Source of the DNA: Sphyrna mokarran
Lineage: Eukaryota
Assembly (NCBI GenBank): GCA_024679065.1
Contig: JAGIQG010000014.1
Location: 41,912,001-41,976,000 of the forward strand
DNA: 64,000 bases
Direction: 5' to 3'
Under the pieces are notes generated by a model. It saw only the letters and a program-made list of their open reading frames with translations, made no database searches and was not told the origin of the DNA. Of the stretch, positions 36,339 through 50,293 are shown piece by piece (within the stretch, counting starts at the first letter, position 1; every line of letters starts with the position of its first letter). The position numbers and the translations under genes are program-made.

Positions 36339-37149
36339 TTTGTGTTAGATGCCTCTTCACATTCTTCTTGCAGCAAACTTTCCCACCATATTATTTTGTT
36401 TAATGTTTAAAAGATGATTGAGAAATTGGAAAATTGTCTTTTTCTAAACATAACACAAATAGAAATACATCGAAACGAACCATGCTGACTGTACCAAATT
36501 TATTTGTATATTTTACGTTAATAGGAAATAAATCTGCTCACAATTCAAACCAAGTTTCACTTAATTTTTGGCTTGAGTGAGCTTTGGAGGGTTTGAAAAT
36601 ATTCACGTGCAGAAGGAATGAATATCCATTTCAGATTCAGGGATATTATAGGTGCATTCTAGAGTTATCTTAGTGCATGAGTAGGTCCAGGACATTTTTA
36701 CACAACAACATAATATATGAAGAGAGCAATCCATTAGCAATATAAACAGCGTAGGGAGCAGAGAGAATGCTGGCCTGGTGCATTAGCAGAGCAGAGGGAT
36801 AGAACAGAAGCAACTAATTGGATGCTCTCAATCTTGGTGACAAAAGAGTCCATGAATTCCTTGCTTTTATTAGTGGAGCTGAAAATGGATGCGGCAGGGG
36901 AGAGAAGAGTTTAAAAAGACGATTTGCAATAGAGAAAATAAACTGGGGTGGGGGGTAAGTGGAGGAGTGGGGTATCTTTTTTTCCAGGATCATTACTAAA
37001 ATAGTAATCAATGCATAGTGCGGATAGTAAAGCTGTAGTGGCATTGACATTATGTTTTTTTAATATAAATCATATTGATTTTTGCCAGCAAATTTGATCA
37101 TGCTGAACTATAGAACAGAATAACACAAAGGACATCATTTGACACATTG

Positions 37150-37273
37150 GGCAAGATGTTGCCCTCTATTCACGCCACGCTCCTGCTACAGTGAAGCCCT
37201 AGAATTTGGTGGCTGGCCAAATTTCCGTCCACTGGTGAGTCCTCGCTGGTGTGAACAGTGGTAAGATTCCATC
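37150..37273. mobile_element. Short MITE, decayed, antisense relative of 40345-40470
   Basis: About 124 bp; ends GCTGGTGTGAACAGTGGTAAGATTCCATC, the reverse complement of the start of the 40345 copy. Confidence 0.5.
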
Positions 37274-37279
37274 TGTCAG

Positions 37280-38000
37280 GTCTGCATTAACTCGAAAGGC
37301 CATTCAATTAGCCCCACTCCCCCACTTTTTCTCCATCTCCATGGGTTTTGCCCCTTCATTCAATTCCCTTATGATAGCTAATATTGAATCCATTTCTGTG
37401 CCTCTCTCCGGCAGTGTATTCCAAATTCGAAACAAAGTTTCATTTTGTATTAAAATAATTCTCTAGGTATTGTTTCCATTTAGCTATTGGAAGTAGTTTC
37501 CATTTGTTTATTTAATTTCTTCATGATCTTAAGCAAAATCTCTGATCAGCCTTCTCTGTTCTGAGATTTTCCAGTCTATCCATGTACTATAATTTATTCC
37601 CTGCTACCTAGAACTATATCAATAAATCTCTTCTGCACCCCCTCCAAAGCATTTACGTCTCTCCTAAATTGTGGTGTCTTGAATTGAACACAATATTCCA
37701 ACTACAGCTGAACTGGTATTTCATTAAGTTTTGACATAGCTTTTGTGCTCTATGCCTCTATTTATAAAGCCCAAGATTCTATATGCTTCATTAACTGCTT
37801 TGTTTACTTGTCCTGCCACTTTCAAACATTTGTGTGCAAGCACTCCAGGACTTTCTCTTGCTGCACTCCATTTAAAATTATATATTCCTCTATGTATTCT
37901 GTCTCTGCATTCTTTCTATCACTTCACATTTTTCTTTATTGTATTTTGTTTACCATGTGTTCGCCATTCCACCACTCTGTCTACATTTTCTTGAACTCTG
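37280..38000 (-). mobile_element. Old CR1 3' fragment
   Basis: TGCACCCCCTCCAAAGCATTTACGTC, GAATTGAACACAATATTCCAAC and CTATTTATAAAGCCCAAGAT are antisense CR1 RT C-terminal motifs. Confidence 0.65.
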
Positions 38001-38919
38001 TTGTTTCTTCTTCAATATTTCTGCTATACTTCCAAGTTTTGGCTGACCTGCCAATTTCAAAATATGACAAACTTTGTAAGCAAAATTTGTAATTTCTTCA
38101 AAATGCCTGTGGGCTCTGTAATTGTTTTAAAGAATGCTCGGAAAAGACTTTTAAGAGTTTGCCTCAATTGTGAAGGGATCAATTTTTTTTAAAAAAAGGC
38201 CCTTGTGACCTGACATTTTTTGACCTGGGAGTAGTAGCAACAGGAAGGAGGTTGGGAGTAAAATCCTTAACGAGACACAAAGGAGAGCTGCAGACAATGG
38301 AGAGCTCCAGCAAAGGTGAGAATGCAGCAGGCACATTTACACAGTGCTGTATGGGATAGAGAGTCAAAGACAGGGGGTTAGAGCAGTGTTTATACTTTGG
38401 ACAACTATCTTGTTGCTGAGTTTGGCTAGAGGCAATTAGACAATTTATTTATTAAATTTAGGGGTTTATTAAAGTATAAGGTAAAAAAAAATGTCTGCAG
38501 AATCTGTACCATCAAGAATGTCCTGAATCTAGCTGAGAATGTTCTACTTGAAGGTGCCTTTCAGGTGACAACTGTCTCCAGAACCTTGCATAGAATATAT
38601 GTGCTGGTGAACTTGACTCAAGGGTTAAATTGATCGATAGCTAAGTGAAAGTACCAGAAGCCAAATGAGATAACTTTGAACCTGCGTGTGCTATCACATG
38701 TCTATGGCAGTGATATGGGTGTTTGATATATTTGTTGGATTAACTAAAATGAAATTTACCTTTACATTTGAAATATCTTTTACCTGATAATTCATGGTTA
38801 ATTTGTGTTTGTTCCAATTCATGTTAAACTGGAAACTAAAAAAGTGAAGTTGCATTGTTAATACCTTTATTTGGAGGTAATTTAATAAATTATTTTGGTT
38901 CTTGTAATTATTTTAGTTA

Positions 38920-39520
38920 ATGGTTTCCTCCACGGGGATTGTATCAAAAAATGTGCCCTGTATGCCAAAAGCCTATGTTACTGATGTATAACAAAATAAC
39001 ATTCCTAGCACTGATCCTTGGGAACTCCTGTCATTCAGAAAAAAAAAGCTGTTCAGCATCACTCTTTGCTTTGTCTCCTTTAGCCATTTTTTATATGTAT
39101 GCTGTTACTGCCTCAGTGATGGGTTTCAATTTTGCTAACAAGCCCATTTATCAAGCTACTACTGGGAGTCCAGTTACACAATGTCAACTGCACTGCCCTC
39201 ATTCACCCTTTTTGTAACCTCATCAAAAAAGCTCAATCATATTAGCCAAACATGATTTTCCTTTAACAAATCCACGCTGGCTCTCCTTATTAGCATAGGC
39301 TGTTAGTTTTCTCCTGGAATAATGTTTATTGAAGCCTCCCCACCAGCATCATTTATCTGACTGGCTGGCACTTGCCGAGTTTATCCTTCTCTTCTTTCAG
39401 GAACAACAGTGCAACATTTGCAATCCTTCTGTCCTTTGGCACTACCCTGACATCTAAAGAGGATTGGAGATGATTGCAGCCAGCACTCCTGCAATTTTAT
39501 CACTGTTTATTTCGATCACT
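38920..39520 (-). mobile_element. Old CR1 RT N-terminal fragment
   Basis: CCTTTAACAAATCCACGCTGGCT is antisense of SQRGFVKG; includes the antisense CQPVR (NYRPVS-like) region. Confidence 0.65.
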
Positions 39521-40150
39521 GTTTAAAAATAAGGGTTCGCCTATTTAAGACAGAGATGAGGAGAAATAAGGAGCTAGACCAAGAATTTTAGCTTTGGACA
39601 AGATAAATAATGGGATAACAGTGCCATTTTAGAAACTAAATTTGTCTTTATACTTTACTTTTCAAATCTCATTCTTGTATGTAAACCCCCCCCCCAAGAT
39701 TTTGCAGCTTAAAAAGGACTCAATCCTATTTTATTGTGGTCAGAGTTTCCAAATAAACAATTCCAAGCTGTCTCTAAATTTATATATCAGAATTTTGAAC
39801 CTTAATATAGAAGTGATAATTTATATTTAAAAAAATCAGGGTTGTTAATATTTAGTTCATAATGCATATGTTTTGGAATTTTTTTTTAATATGTTAAATT
39901 GATCAATTTCAGATAAGTAGGTGTCCATTTGAGAAATTGGTAAAAATAACTCTGATGTAATGCAAATTGAAAAATTTGGGATTATTACACTTAAAATGTA
40001 GTCTGTGTTTGTCTTGTAAGCCAAGGTTAATGGTGAAGAAAACTTGAAAATAAATGATCCATCTCCAAGCTTATAATGGAGAGGGAATCTGGAAAGAAGC
40101 AATTACATTCATTAAAAAGATACATTTTTCCTAATGGGTTGCAGAGACAA

Positions 40151-40275
40151 AGGCCAGAATTTTACGGGCACACCTGCCCCGATTCCTGGGACGGGTGAGG
40201 CTCAGAACACCGTTCTCCATTGGCCTCGGGTGAGATTGTACGAATCTTAGGCAGAATGCCAATAAAATTCTGCCT
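40151..40275. mobile_element. 125-bp MITE
   Basis: AGGCCAGAATTTTAC ... ATAAAATTCTGCCT terminal inverted repeats. Confidence 0.7.
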
Positions 40276-40344
40276 ATGGAGTTGTGCTGAAATATGTTGT
40301 TTTGCATTTCTGTTTGTAGCATGTCACGTTGCCATAGAGATAGT

Positions 40345-40470
40345 GGGCCGAATGTTACGGCTGTTCATGCCAGCAGGATTTTCTCATTCCACTGCGGTGA
40401 ATGGAGATTTGTCTGGACACCAAATTTGCTGTAATGGGAGCATTATATGAATGAACGGGAAGATCTTCCC
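40345..40470. mobile_element. 126-bp MITE with 3-bp target duplication AGT
   Basis: AGT|GGGCCGAATGTTAC ... GGGAAGATCTTCCC|AGT. Confidence 0.6.
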
Positions 40471-41577
40471 AGTGATTCAGGATAGATTGCTGAATATAAA
40501 GAAGGTTATTTTGATTAATGTACTTCTTGTTTGTTTGTTGACAGAAGCAGGTAATTCAGATTAGGTTTTGTGAGGAAACACAGCTGAAAGATTTGTTCTA
40601 CCTTGCAGCTAGTGGAAGAAATCTACAATGGTCTTTGCAGAATTTTGTGGCTGAAAGCAGTCAGCTTAAATGATTGGAATGTACTATCCAGAAGCAGTCG
40701 AGGAGTGGGGCAGAGAGCATTCTTATATTTCAAAAGCCAGGACAATATGCTGAAAAGTCTATAGTCAGGAGGTCTTTAAAGAAAGTTGGAGAATACTTAA
40801 TGATTCTTGTCTGAGGGTCCAAGGATCCATTATAAGTTGAAATAGCCCCAGGGAAAACAATGTTTCTTTGATAGCTTTGGTTCTCTGATCTCTACTGTCA
40901 ATTGATGTGTGTTTATTTACACAAGGTAAAGGGATTTCAAGTGATTTCAGCTACTGATGTTTGAAATGGGCTAGAGATTTGGCACTTTAATTAGCCCATA
41001 GTACAAGGAGCATTTTTTAAGGAAGTAGAAATTTATGAATAAATGATTATTTTCTAAAGTTATTGTTAACACATTATGTTGTCACTATCAGGTTCACTGA
41101 TTTTATAAAGTCAGCGAATGGGCATGGAAGTTCCTTGGATTGGCATGGGAAGTATGAGGGACCATTGTGTTGGCTCGGATGTATTGCTTGATGCAGGGAG
41201 TATGACAGGCCATAGGAAGTAGGTGAGGGGAATAGCATGGCATAGGGGCAAGGGTAAGAGCTTTTCAACTTCTTAGAAAGTTCCTTCATCTAGAGAGAAT
41301 AGTTCACAAACCATAAACGCGCTGCAAATCATTAGTCCCTTAAACAATGGTCCAGTTCAATAAAAATTGTGAGGATTAGGGCATGTCTAGCTCCACAGTG
41401 GAGTTGGCCTGGCCAAATTTGCAGGATGCGGGCTCGCACCCAGAACCAACCTACATCTTAAATAACATTGTTACAAACTTGAAACCCCAGGAATGGGGTT
41501 AAATATCCTTAAATCAATCTGGCTTCAATTTTCCTCTTCTATAGTGTCTTCCCAACTCCATAAAAATATAGCCAATA

Positions 41578-41886
41578 GTACATGGTGACACAGTGGTTAG
41601 CCCTGCTGCCTCAGAGTGACAGGGAGCCAGGTTTAATTCCTGCCTCGGATCGCTGTATGTGTGGAGTTTGTACATTTTCCCAGGGTCTGCCCGGATTTCT
41701 TCCAAGTGCTCTGGTTTCCTCCCACAGTCCAAAGATGTGCAGGTTAGGTTGATTAGCCACCCTAGTGTCAGGAGATTAGCAGGTAAATATGTGGGGTTAC
41801 GGGAATAGATCCTGAGTGGGACTGTGGTCGGCGTAGACTTGGCAGCCAAATGACTTCTTTCTCCAATGTAGGAATTTGTGATTCTA
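41578..41886 (+). mobile_element. HE1/V-SINE-type SINE, full length
   Basis: Head ATGGTGACACAGTGGTTAGCCCTGCTGCCTCAG, V-domain and CR1-like tail. Confidence 0.88.
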
Positions 41887-44800
41887 CACACTTCATTAGA
41901 GGTGCATGCTTTGTTTAATTTCTCTTTTTATATGCAATAAAGTTTGTGAAAACTTGTGTATAATTCTGCTGGTCAATTGCTGGTGTTCAGATGTCTTCTT
42001 TAAATGTTAATTGTTCCTCACAGAATCATAAAAACAGACAGTGAAGGGCACTAAAGATGAACAGGTTTAGACTCTCTGTAGCAGTCAATGGGCATTATTC
42101 TGAGTTTACATCGATTGTAGCAAAACTCTAGCACAGTCCAAAATCGGACTTCAAGTAGTTGTCAGGCAATCTGCTGAATATACCTTAATTATTAATCCAT
42201 TAGGTACCTTAATTTGGGATTTGTGTTCTCCTTGAATGAAAAATGCTCCCACCTCTCAGAACAACAAAAATTAACAGCTGATTGGATAAGCTTGTACGCC
42301 AGATTCCAAAATCAGTTCCTCAGCAAGCAGTGTTGCAAATGTAACTACAGTCTACCGCCTTCACATCTCACTTCATTAACTTCATTTGTTGCAGTGTAGG
42401 AAAGGCACGATAGCACTTAAAAACTTAATAAAAATACCATCTGTAATGTGAAGAAGTGTACTTTGCAGTGAACACATTATTGATCCGTTCTTACAGTCGT
42501 TTATTACCACCTATTACATGAAACATGTTAAACTCTGTCCAATGCTGAAAAGTAGTTACTTCAGTGAAAAGTAGTGTTGTACTAGAAATTAAAATGATTG
42601 ATCATGCCTGCATGAAGCTCTATGCACATATAATTGGATTAGAAAGGTTGACTTAGGTAGCACACTTTGTTGCATTGGTTGATTACTACCTGTGGTTCAA
42701 TGCAGTAGTTCCTTTACCAATCACTCAAGCAGAACTGTATAATCAATTCTAATGATAAAGATTGTGTAAGGCTATATAGTTAATAAAAAACATATTCAAC
42801 TGATTCAAAAATGTTCATTTAAATGTTGCTTCCATATAGGCCCGTGTTCCCAAAAATCAGGTCTGCATTTGTAGTTTTGTTTTTACTGAGCGACCTATCA
42901 GTCTTGAGTTTTCTCTTGTTCCTTAGCATATTAGATAATGAGGGTTGTGGAATGTTAAAGTATTTTGTTACATCTTTTCAGGTAGCTCTTGCATCATGTC
43001 AGTGCCTTGCAAAAATTCTAGCTTGCTTCATGAAGGAAGCACTGCACAAATCTTAATTTGGGAAGGAACAATGCAAAATGTACTGCTCAGGGGAAAAGTA
43101 CAACACTACATAGAAATTAGAAAATTAATATAATGCCCAAAACATGTCTAAACCATTTCTATTTGGTGTCTACATCAACTGTAAAATTCTGTACCACTAG
43201 CCATGTTCTTGTGAACAGGTTCATTTTGTTTAGTGCTTGTGAAATGTGATAAAATTCATTTGAATCTGGCACTTGCACTGAAAACCCACTTATTTAAAAA
43301 ATATGTAAACAGTGGTACAAATAGGAAATGGAACAGTAAACTTTTGATCAGTAGTGCTGAACGATCAATGCAACGGTCACCTATAACACCAAAATCTCTT
43401 GTATATCTATTTAATTAATGACTAAAGTTTGCATACCCAGGAATAATTGACATAATGATTTCTTTACAATTTTCCCTTGCTGCAGCATTAATGCTGAAAC
43501 TGGCAATTACATGACATAGGAAGTTACTTCTGTGAAATGTGTTAGCTTATCTCTTAATGAGTGGATCACATTTGTCACTTAAGATTCATCCATTTTGGCA
43601 GTTTTGCCAATAGCAAAGAACAAACCACAAGTGTGAAGGTTACTCTCCCATTCAATGCCAGTGCGAAATGTTGTTCTATATGTAGGACCAGTAACAGTCT
43701 TTGAGTAAACTTAAAAATGATCTGCCAGAGTATGGCCGCCTGATTTTTCCAACCTCATTTTTACTGCATTTCAATACAATGAATAGACAAATAGACTAAA
43801 TTTGGAAGCAGATGAACTGGCCTTTTAGCACAACTAATTGCAGTGTACTAATGTGAACCAATAAAACAAAAAAAACCATTTTGTGAGCCAATAGAACAAC
43901 AAAAAAAATTTTGTTGTGTTTTAGATCATGTTTGTTGCAAGCAAAGGCTGACAAAGACAATCTCATAAAATGTTGAAGTGTCCATTCTATAGATCATTGT
44001 ACAGTTATATTTGTTACTGTTTTCAAAATTAAAATCCATGGACTATTGATTCTTGCATAAATGCTGGAATCTTTGGGAATTTTGGGGTATGGGGAAGTGA
44101 CCTCATTTACACGACTTGAATGAGTGTTCACATCAGTTAAAGACACATCTTGGTGGAGATGTTAGGAAGCTGGGTGGATAACACATGATGGGTGTGCAAG
44201 AATTCTAAGGTTGAATACATCCTGCAAACTGCCCCCCCCCCCATCCCCGCAACCTCTTTCTTTAGGAAAGAAAGGCAGAGTATCCCATTTGGCATAGTTT
44301 GTTAGAGACCCCATATATTCTGAAATATATATATATATTTCCAAAAATGTTTTCTGCCTTCAAAATTTCAAGGCTACAGTCCAGGGCACAATGCATAATG
44401 TGGCTCCACTGTAACAGGCATATCCAGGTACAAACTATGAGTATAAGTTACAGCCCATGAACTTTCAGATCTATTTAAAAGAAGCAATGTTGTTCTTTTG
44501 TGATTTATATTTTTTATTTAGCCTATTCAATTAATTAGATGGAAAGATGTCCATTCTAAATATGTAACGAAGCTATATTCTGTGACATGTTTATACACAT
44601 ATATTAAGCTTAGAATAAAGTTGAAGTGATGCTCTATTTCATTCAAGAAATGTAACAAGACTTTCTAAAGGCAGAGGATACTCTGTTTGCTACATGCAGG
44701 CTGGATTTATCATTCATATCCCAGCCATGTTACCAGAAATATATCTGGATCGCATGGGGAAGAATATGGACCATCAATGTCTTGGAACTCACTATAAAGC

Positions 44801-45759
44801 TAATTTAAAATATAAAAGTTGAGGTTGACAGAGCCAAGAAAGTTGGAAACAATCCACAAATGTAACAATTTTAATGTGGTAAATGAACCAGCTAAAACAG
44901 GAAACAACAATAACAGACACATATAACTGTCTCTTACAAAATAAATGAAAAGCAAAGGATTTGATCTGATGATTGATTATTCACTGGAAGTGCCTTCAAC
45001 CCACTGCAAACCATTATCAACCAAAGTTAATCTTATTTGAGGATATTTCAGAAGACATTTGACTGTAGGGTAGAATGTGTAATCCGAAGCATGTGTAAAA
45101 TCACCATGGAATAGTAGGTGAAAGTATGTGTACTTGCAGAAGAATTTGTGTTGTGGAGATTCCAGACAAGTGAATTAAAGATGGTTTGACGTCATGCAGC
45201 TGTCACACCTTGAAATTGAGGGTTTTTGTGAATTGTAACAAAGAACACATTTGTACAAATTTCATCAGAAACATTTTTAAATTAGTGGCTTGCTTTTTCT
45301 ATTACAATAACAGATGAAAACATTTAATCATTCATACATTAATGTTGGAAGGACTTTTTTTTAAGGCATACAATTGAGGGGAATCTCCTGAGGGGTTATT
45401 TTGGTCAAAGGCTGTAAACTGTACCTAAAACAAAAAGCCATGAAAATAAGAACAATACATTTGAAAATCTGGGGTTAGCACACAATTTTCATCCTAATCA
45501 CTGATTATATTAATTTGAATTTGCCTGGATGTGCTAACAGACACCTGCAGGTTTAGCACTCAAGTGCTCATTAGACACAAATTTCATAGTAGAGTGTAAG
45601 TGGACTTGCAGCTCTTTCACTGAGTGCAGCGGCTAGCTGGCTGGCAACCATGTTGCATGATGGCAGGGACCTGGAAAGAAGTCCATCATTCTTAGATGAA
45701 GCACTGATGTCCAAAAGGAGGAAATGAAATATACCTACAGGTGATGGAATGACATAAAG

Positions 45760-45812
45760 ATAGAAATGCTGGCTAAACTCAGCAAGTCTGTGCAGTGAGA
45801 AACAGAATTAAT
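45760..45812. mobile_element. Penelope-like terminal fragment
   Basis: AGAAATGCTGGCTAAACTCAGCAAGTCTG, similar to 50294-50392. Confidence 0.5.
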
Positions 45813-46003
45813 GGTCAGAATTCTCTGTTAGTCTCGGGCAGGATTTTACCAGCCTACCCGAACGAGGTTATGAAATCCCAACTAATTTTTGAGTCCACAT
45901 GACCTCCACAGAAGGCTCATTTATGTCGGAATTCTACTGCACCACCAGCCACAGGAATCCACGGGCGAGGAGCGGACAATGGGATTCCTGGCGTTGGCTT
46001 CAA
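45813..46003. mobile_element. Two partial MITE copies (an internally deleted copy, then a 5' half)
   Basis: GGTCAGAATTCTCTG...GAAATCCCAAC and GTCGGAATTCTACTGCACCACCAGCCACAGGAATC share segments with 33311-33437. Confidence 0.55.
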
Positions 46004-47184
46004 GTCCTTTATTAAGATGGCATCTTCAACTAAGTGCAGGCTAAATAGGTGTTTCAGTTTAAGACACAACCTAGGCCATTTTGTATGAGACAATTTGTTA
46101 CCCAAAGTATTCATTGAAAATTACCATTTCCATCTTTGTTCCTCAAAATAGTTGATTTAACTGCTGTGAACTTAAGGTCGAGGGTGTATTCAAATAGTTC
46201 TGCCTCACAAAGGTTTTGCAATTCAGTTTAATTCAGCTGAACTAAAATCATAATGAAGAGACCTAAAACTCCCCAAAGAGAATCTCCATTTTCTTTTTAG
46301 TATGTTTAGGCTTTTATTCCAGGCTTATAGTTCATTGACTGAAATTCCAGGAGTCTCACTCTGCCAGCAAACTACAGTTGAATAGGAATGCAGACTGTAC
46401 ATGGAATCTGCCACACAAGTGTCAACTCAAACTTTAAACTTGGTTTCATTTAAAAATGTATTTGGCTCATCTAATTGATGGTTTCCCAGAGGGGTCTGCA
46501 GAATCAGACAGAAGGCTGTTTACTATCAAAACAAAATGTGAGTATACTTATCTTTGGTTAGTTAATAAGCCAAGATTATTTCAAAGGAATTCACCACACC
46601 CAGGACAGATAACATTTACCGAACTTCTGAGATTTTACGAAAAGAAACTGCCTGATGTCTGGAAGATGGACAGAATTCTCCCATGAGATGTCAAACCCTC
46701 GCAATGCAATTTACTAGGTAGTATACAAGGTTGAATTCAAGCAAAATTGGGTTGTGCTCTCAAACCCAATCTCATAAGGCAACCTGCCTGCTCTTCAAAC
46801 ATATTCCTCATTGAAATTTGGACCCTGCAAAGTTAGCATCAGTATGAGGTCAAACTGGCTTTGCAGCAACAATAAATTTTTAATGTGAAATAGTTGCTGG
46901 GTGATAAGTGGCAACAAATTAGTATAAGACAATTATTATATTGTCAAAGAAGGATCACAATATAATAAACATATCTGTTTTAACTTAGTGCATTATTTGG
47001 TACATTTCAATTTTCTTCTCAATAAGTTTTATGGCTTTTTTATACTTTGCTGATCTTCAGAAAGAAGTTGTACTTGCAAACTACAATGAAGTTTTAGAAT
47101 TCTTTTAGACAACAACAGCAGCAATGGTGCAAATGAGTTTACTTGTCACTGACTGCAGCTATAAATGTAGCTTGAATGTGGATG

Positions 47185-48405
47185 GGAGCTATGACTGGGT
47201 GGTAACAATCAAGTCTGAGTCAAAAAATTATGAGTTCAAGCCCCACTGCAGAGAATTCATTATCAAACTCAGACATAATAGAGGAAGGACGATGGTGACT
47301 CTCCTAAAAGTGTTGAATTGGTGGGAAAACTGTTCTAGATCCCCACTGTTTTCTCAATGCAGATTCAGACCAGAATTTTTCCACTCTGTGCACTGCAGAG
47401 GCCCCAGTTGTGAATTTCATTAAAATCTGGGGAGGGGTGGGGGAGTTGGTGGTTATGGGTGGGGGTGTTCCTATTCGCACCAGAGTCTAATAATTGTGGA
47501 ACTCTGCCTATACGCAGTTGCCCTCAATCTTTCTGTTTGTTGGCCAGCCCAGGATCCACTGCAGTGCTGCTCCTCAGTCCCCCTTCACCCATCCATCATG
47601 GCCAGATCGCGGCCCTCTGATAAATTCTGGGCCAGCCCTAGCCCGCACAATCCAGAGCATCCTGATGTCCAGAACTTCTCCCCTGGGGTCAGACACACCT
47701 CCCCCTCAATTGCGAGGCAAGCCCCTCAGGCAGACCACCATCCCCCTGATCAATGTGCTCCCTCCAGCCTAGACCGATCACCATGCAGAGTGGCAGCGGG
47801 ATCCCCCACCTTCACTGATTTTCCCTTAGACTGTGCCTGTTAGCACTGCCTGATGCCCAATGGGCAGTACCAAGATGTGCCCAAGCATGGGCAATGCCTG
47901 GGGACACAGGCTGGCACTGCCAGTGTACCCATGCCCAGAGGGCACTACCCCTTCACTGCCCAACCCCTCCCCTCCCGAGGGCCCCGATTGCCATCCCCTT
48001 CATTCCCCTAAACATGGGGTAGGAGATTCAACTGGGCCCAGCAAGTTCCCAATATCACATGCAAAATGTATTAAAATAGATTCAAATGACTTACCTGTCT
48101 TCCCACCAGTTTCCAGCATGCTCTGAACTGCAACTGTTCTCCAACTCTGAGAGATGCGCATACATTCCTAGCCATGCACAAATCCCAGAGAAAGACTGAC
48201 GACCTACATCTCTCAGCCTGACCTGCCGGAAAAGTTGCAGGTCGCAATGGGAGAATTGCCCCCACTATGTTTGCAGAGATACTATCTTTCAGGTGAGATA
48301 TTAGGCTGAGGTCCACTCAGTGTATGTAAAAGATCTTGTGGCATCAATGACAGAATGTGCATTATTTTATACTCTGACAAGTGCATTTTACTTCACCAAT
48401 AAACT
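47185..48405 (+). mobile_element. DeuSINE split by a ~970-bp DNA transposon insertion
   Basis: Head with B-box-like GAGTTCAAGCCCCAC at 47231-47245; the Deu-domain resumes at ~48265 (CTTTCAGGTGAGATATTAGGCTGAGGTCC...GTAAAAGATCTTGTGGCA). Confidence 0.6.
47293..48263. mobile_element. GC-rich non-autonomous DNA transposon (Harbinger-like)
   Basis: Termini TGGTGACTCTCC ... GGAGAATTGCCCCC are decayed inverted repeats; the element interrupts a contiguous SINE. Confidence 0.6.
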
Positions 48406-49969
48406 GAAATAATTGGTGGAAAGTTATGTCATACCCCCTCCCCCTGCAACCACCCCTACTTTTCTTGGAGCAGAGGATGGGGGTGAGGGGGATGTATGCT
48501 GTGGTGACACCGCTATGCATTTTTTCTACATATCTGTTGGTGAATGACGGAGGAGATATCTGGTAGCCCATCTGTCACAGACTAATGAAGGCCCTTAAGT
48601 GATCAATTAATAGTCACTTAAGGGTGCCCCTCCTTCCACCATTGGTATTACCTTCAGCAATGAGTGTCTGGGCCAAGTGACGAGGCAGTTGCAAACTGGC
48701 AGTTTGGTCACCAGGAGAAATGGAGAGGGATGCTTCTTGTTCAGGCAACCTTTGTCCAATAGAGTCTTTCCCCATAACACTCTACCCCTTCCACCTGGTG
48801 TTCCCAGCTCCATCGATCGTCCAGGTCTCCTATCCAATTAGAGGGGTTTACTAACTGGTTCCAGTGAAACTCTAGGTTTACTGGTGTCTGGCGCGAGGGC
48901 TTCTCAGAGTTGGGAACTGCAGTGGCATCTGAAGTGGCCACCACTTTGTCCAATTTGTTAGCCTGCTATTCTCAGAAGGAGAGTTCCAGGTGGGTTCAGA
49001 AACCTGCTCTTAGCAATTAATGATGGATGGCTGTAAAATCATTGTGGCATGATGCAAGCAAGTGGTGGCAAACTTAAGCCTGACTTTCAAGTTGGGGGAC
49101 AGATTTACTGCCTCTGAATAAATCCTTCCATAACTCCCTGCTGTTCCTGACAATTGACTGCTGCAATAACTGTAATTGGAGAAGAACTTCTTAAACTGAG
49201 AAATGCTTCTGGACAACTTGAACTCAGGAATTTTATCAATGGCAAATTCTTCCTTTGCATCCTGAAGCTGACCTACAAGGAGAATAGAGTCCCATCAAAC
49301 CCAAATGGCTGCATGCACCGAATGAATTTGGAAAAGTGAAATTGGTTTGCACCCAGTAACATGATTGCATTGTAACTGCTTAGATACGAGATGATTAGAC
49401 TAAAATCTGGACATATCAATTGTCACAAGGTCGCGACATATGTCGGAGATTTTGACTTAACAGAGAAATTAAAATTAGGAAGGCTTTGTTATACAAGTGG
49501 CATGGGATAATTCTGAGACTAACAACACAGAAGAGAAACAAAGTATAGGAAATGTACAGAGATGGCAAACAGATTAGAAAGCCAAGGAGAAGATATGGAG
49601 AAATAAATTTCTGGCAATATGTGGAAATGTTAAACTTTGAAACAGTAAGTGATAGTTAGAATGATGAAATGAGGGATTTGCATTTAAAGTTGGATGAATG
49701 ACAAATTGTGAGTAAGTACTTTTAGTTTCATAGAAGAGTGTGGCAGTAGGAATAAAAGGGACAAGCGAACAATTTGGAACAAGACATGGTGGTACAACTG
49801 AAAATGTTGGTGGCACACAAGGTTGAAATTATAGTGACAGGCATCCTAGGAAAGTCAGTGACAAAATAGTGTCAACAATCTTCCATATTTCGATATATAA
49901 GTTGCACCAGAGAACTGAAGAATTGGCAATGTAAAATTATACACAATACATAGCACTGAAATTGTCTGT

Positions 49970-50270
49970 TTGGGGTGGCATGGTGGCACTGTAGTTAGCA
50001 CTGCTGCCTCACAGCATTAGAGACCCAGATTCGATTCCTGGCTTGGTTCACTGTCTGTGTGGAGTTTGCACATTCTCCCCGTGTCTGCGTGGGTTTCTTC
50101 CGACAGTCGAATGATCTGCGGGTTAGGTGGACTGGCCATGCTAAACTGCCCCTTTTAATATCAGGGGTACTAGCTAGGTTAAATGCATGGGGTTATGGGG
50201 ATAGGGCCTGGGTACAGATTTGATGGGCCGGATGACTTCCTGCTACACCGTAGGGACTTCGTGATTCTAT
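49970..50270 (+). mobile_element. HE1/V-SINE-type SINE, full length
   Basis: Well-preserved V-domain GTGTGGAGTTTGCACATTCTCCCCGTGTCTGCGTGGGTTTC. Confidence 0.9.
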
Positions 50271-50293
50271 TTGGCCAAACTGTTCTGTGATAG

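Noticed and set aside
40480-42035. Possible interrupted solo LTR
   Set aside because: Only a vague LTR-like composition and an ATCATAAAA end; boundaries cannot be supported.
43595-43610. NFI site TTGGCAGTTTTGCCAA
   Set aside because: The spacer is one base longer than the canonical TTGGC-N5-GCCAA.
49970-50045. tRNA genes at SINE heads (also 17112, 24170-24240, 62745-62825)
   Set aside because: A and B boxes are present, but the cloverleaf is decayed and the sequence continues into SINE or LINE bodies.
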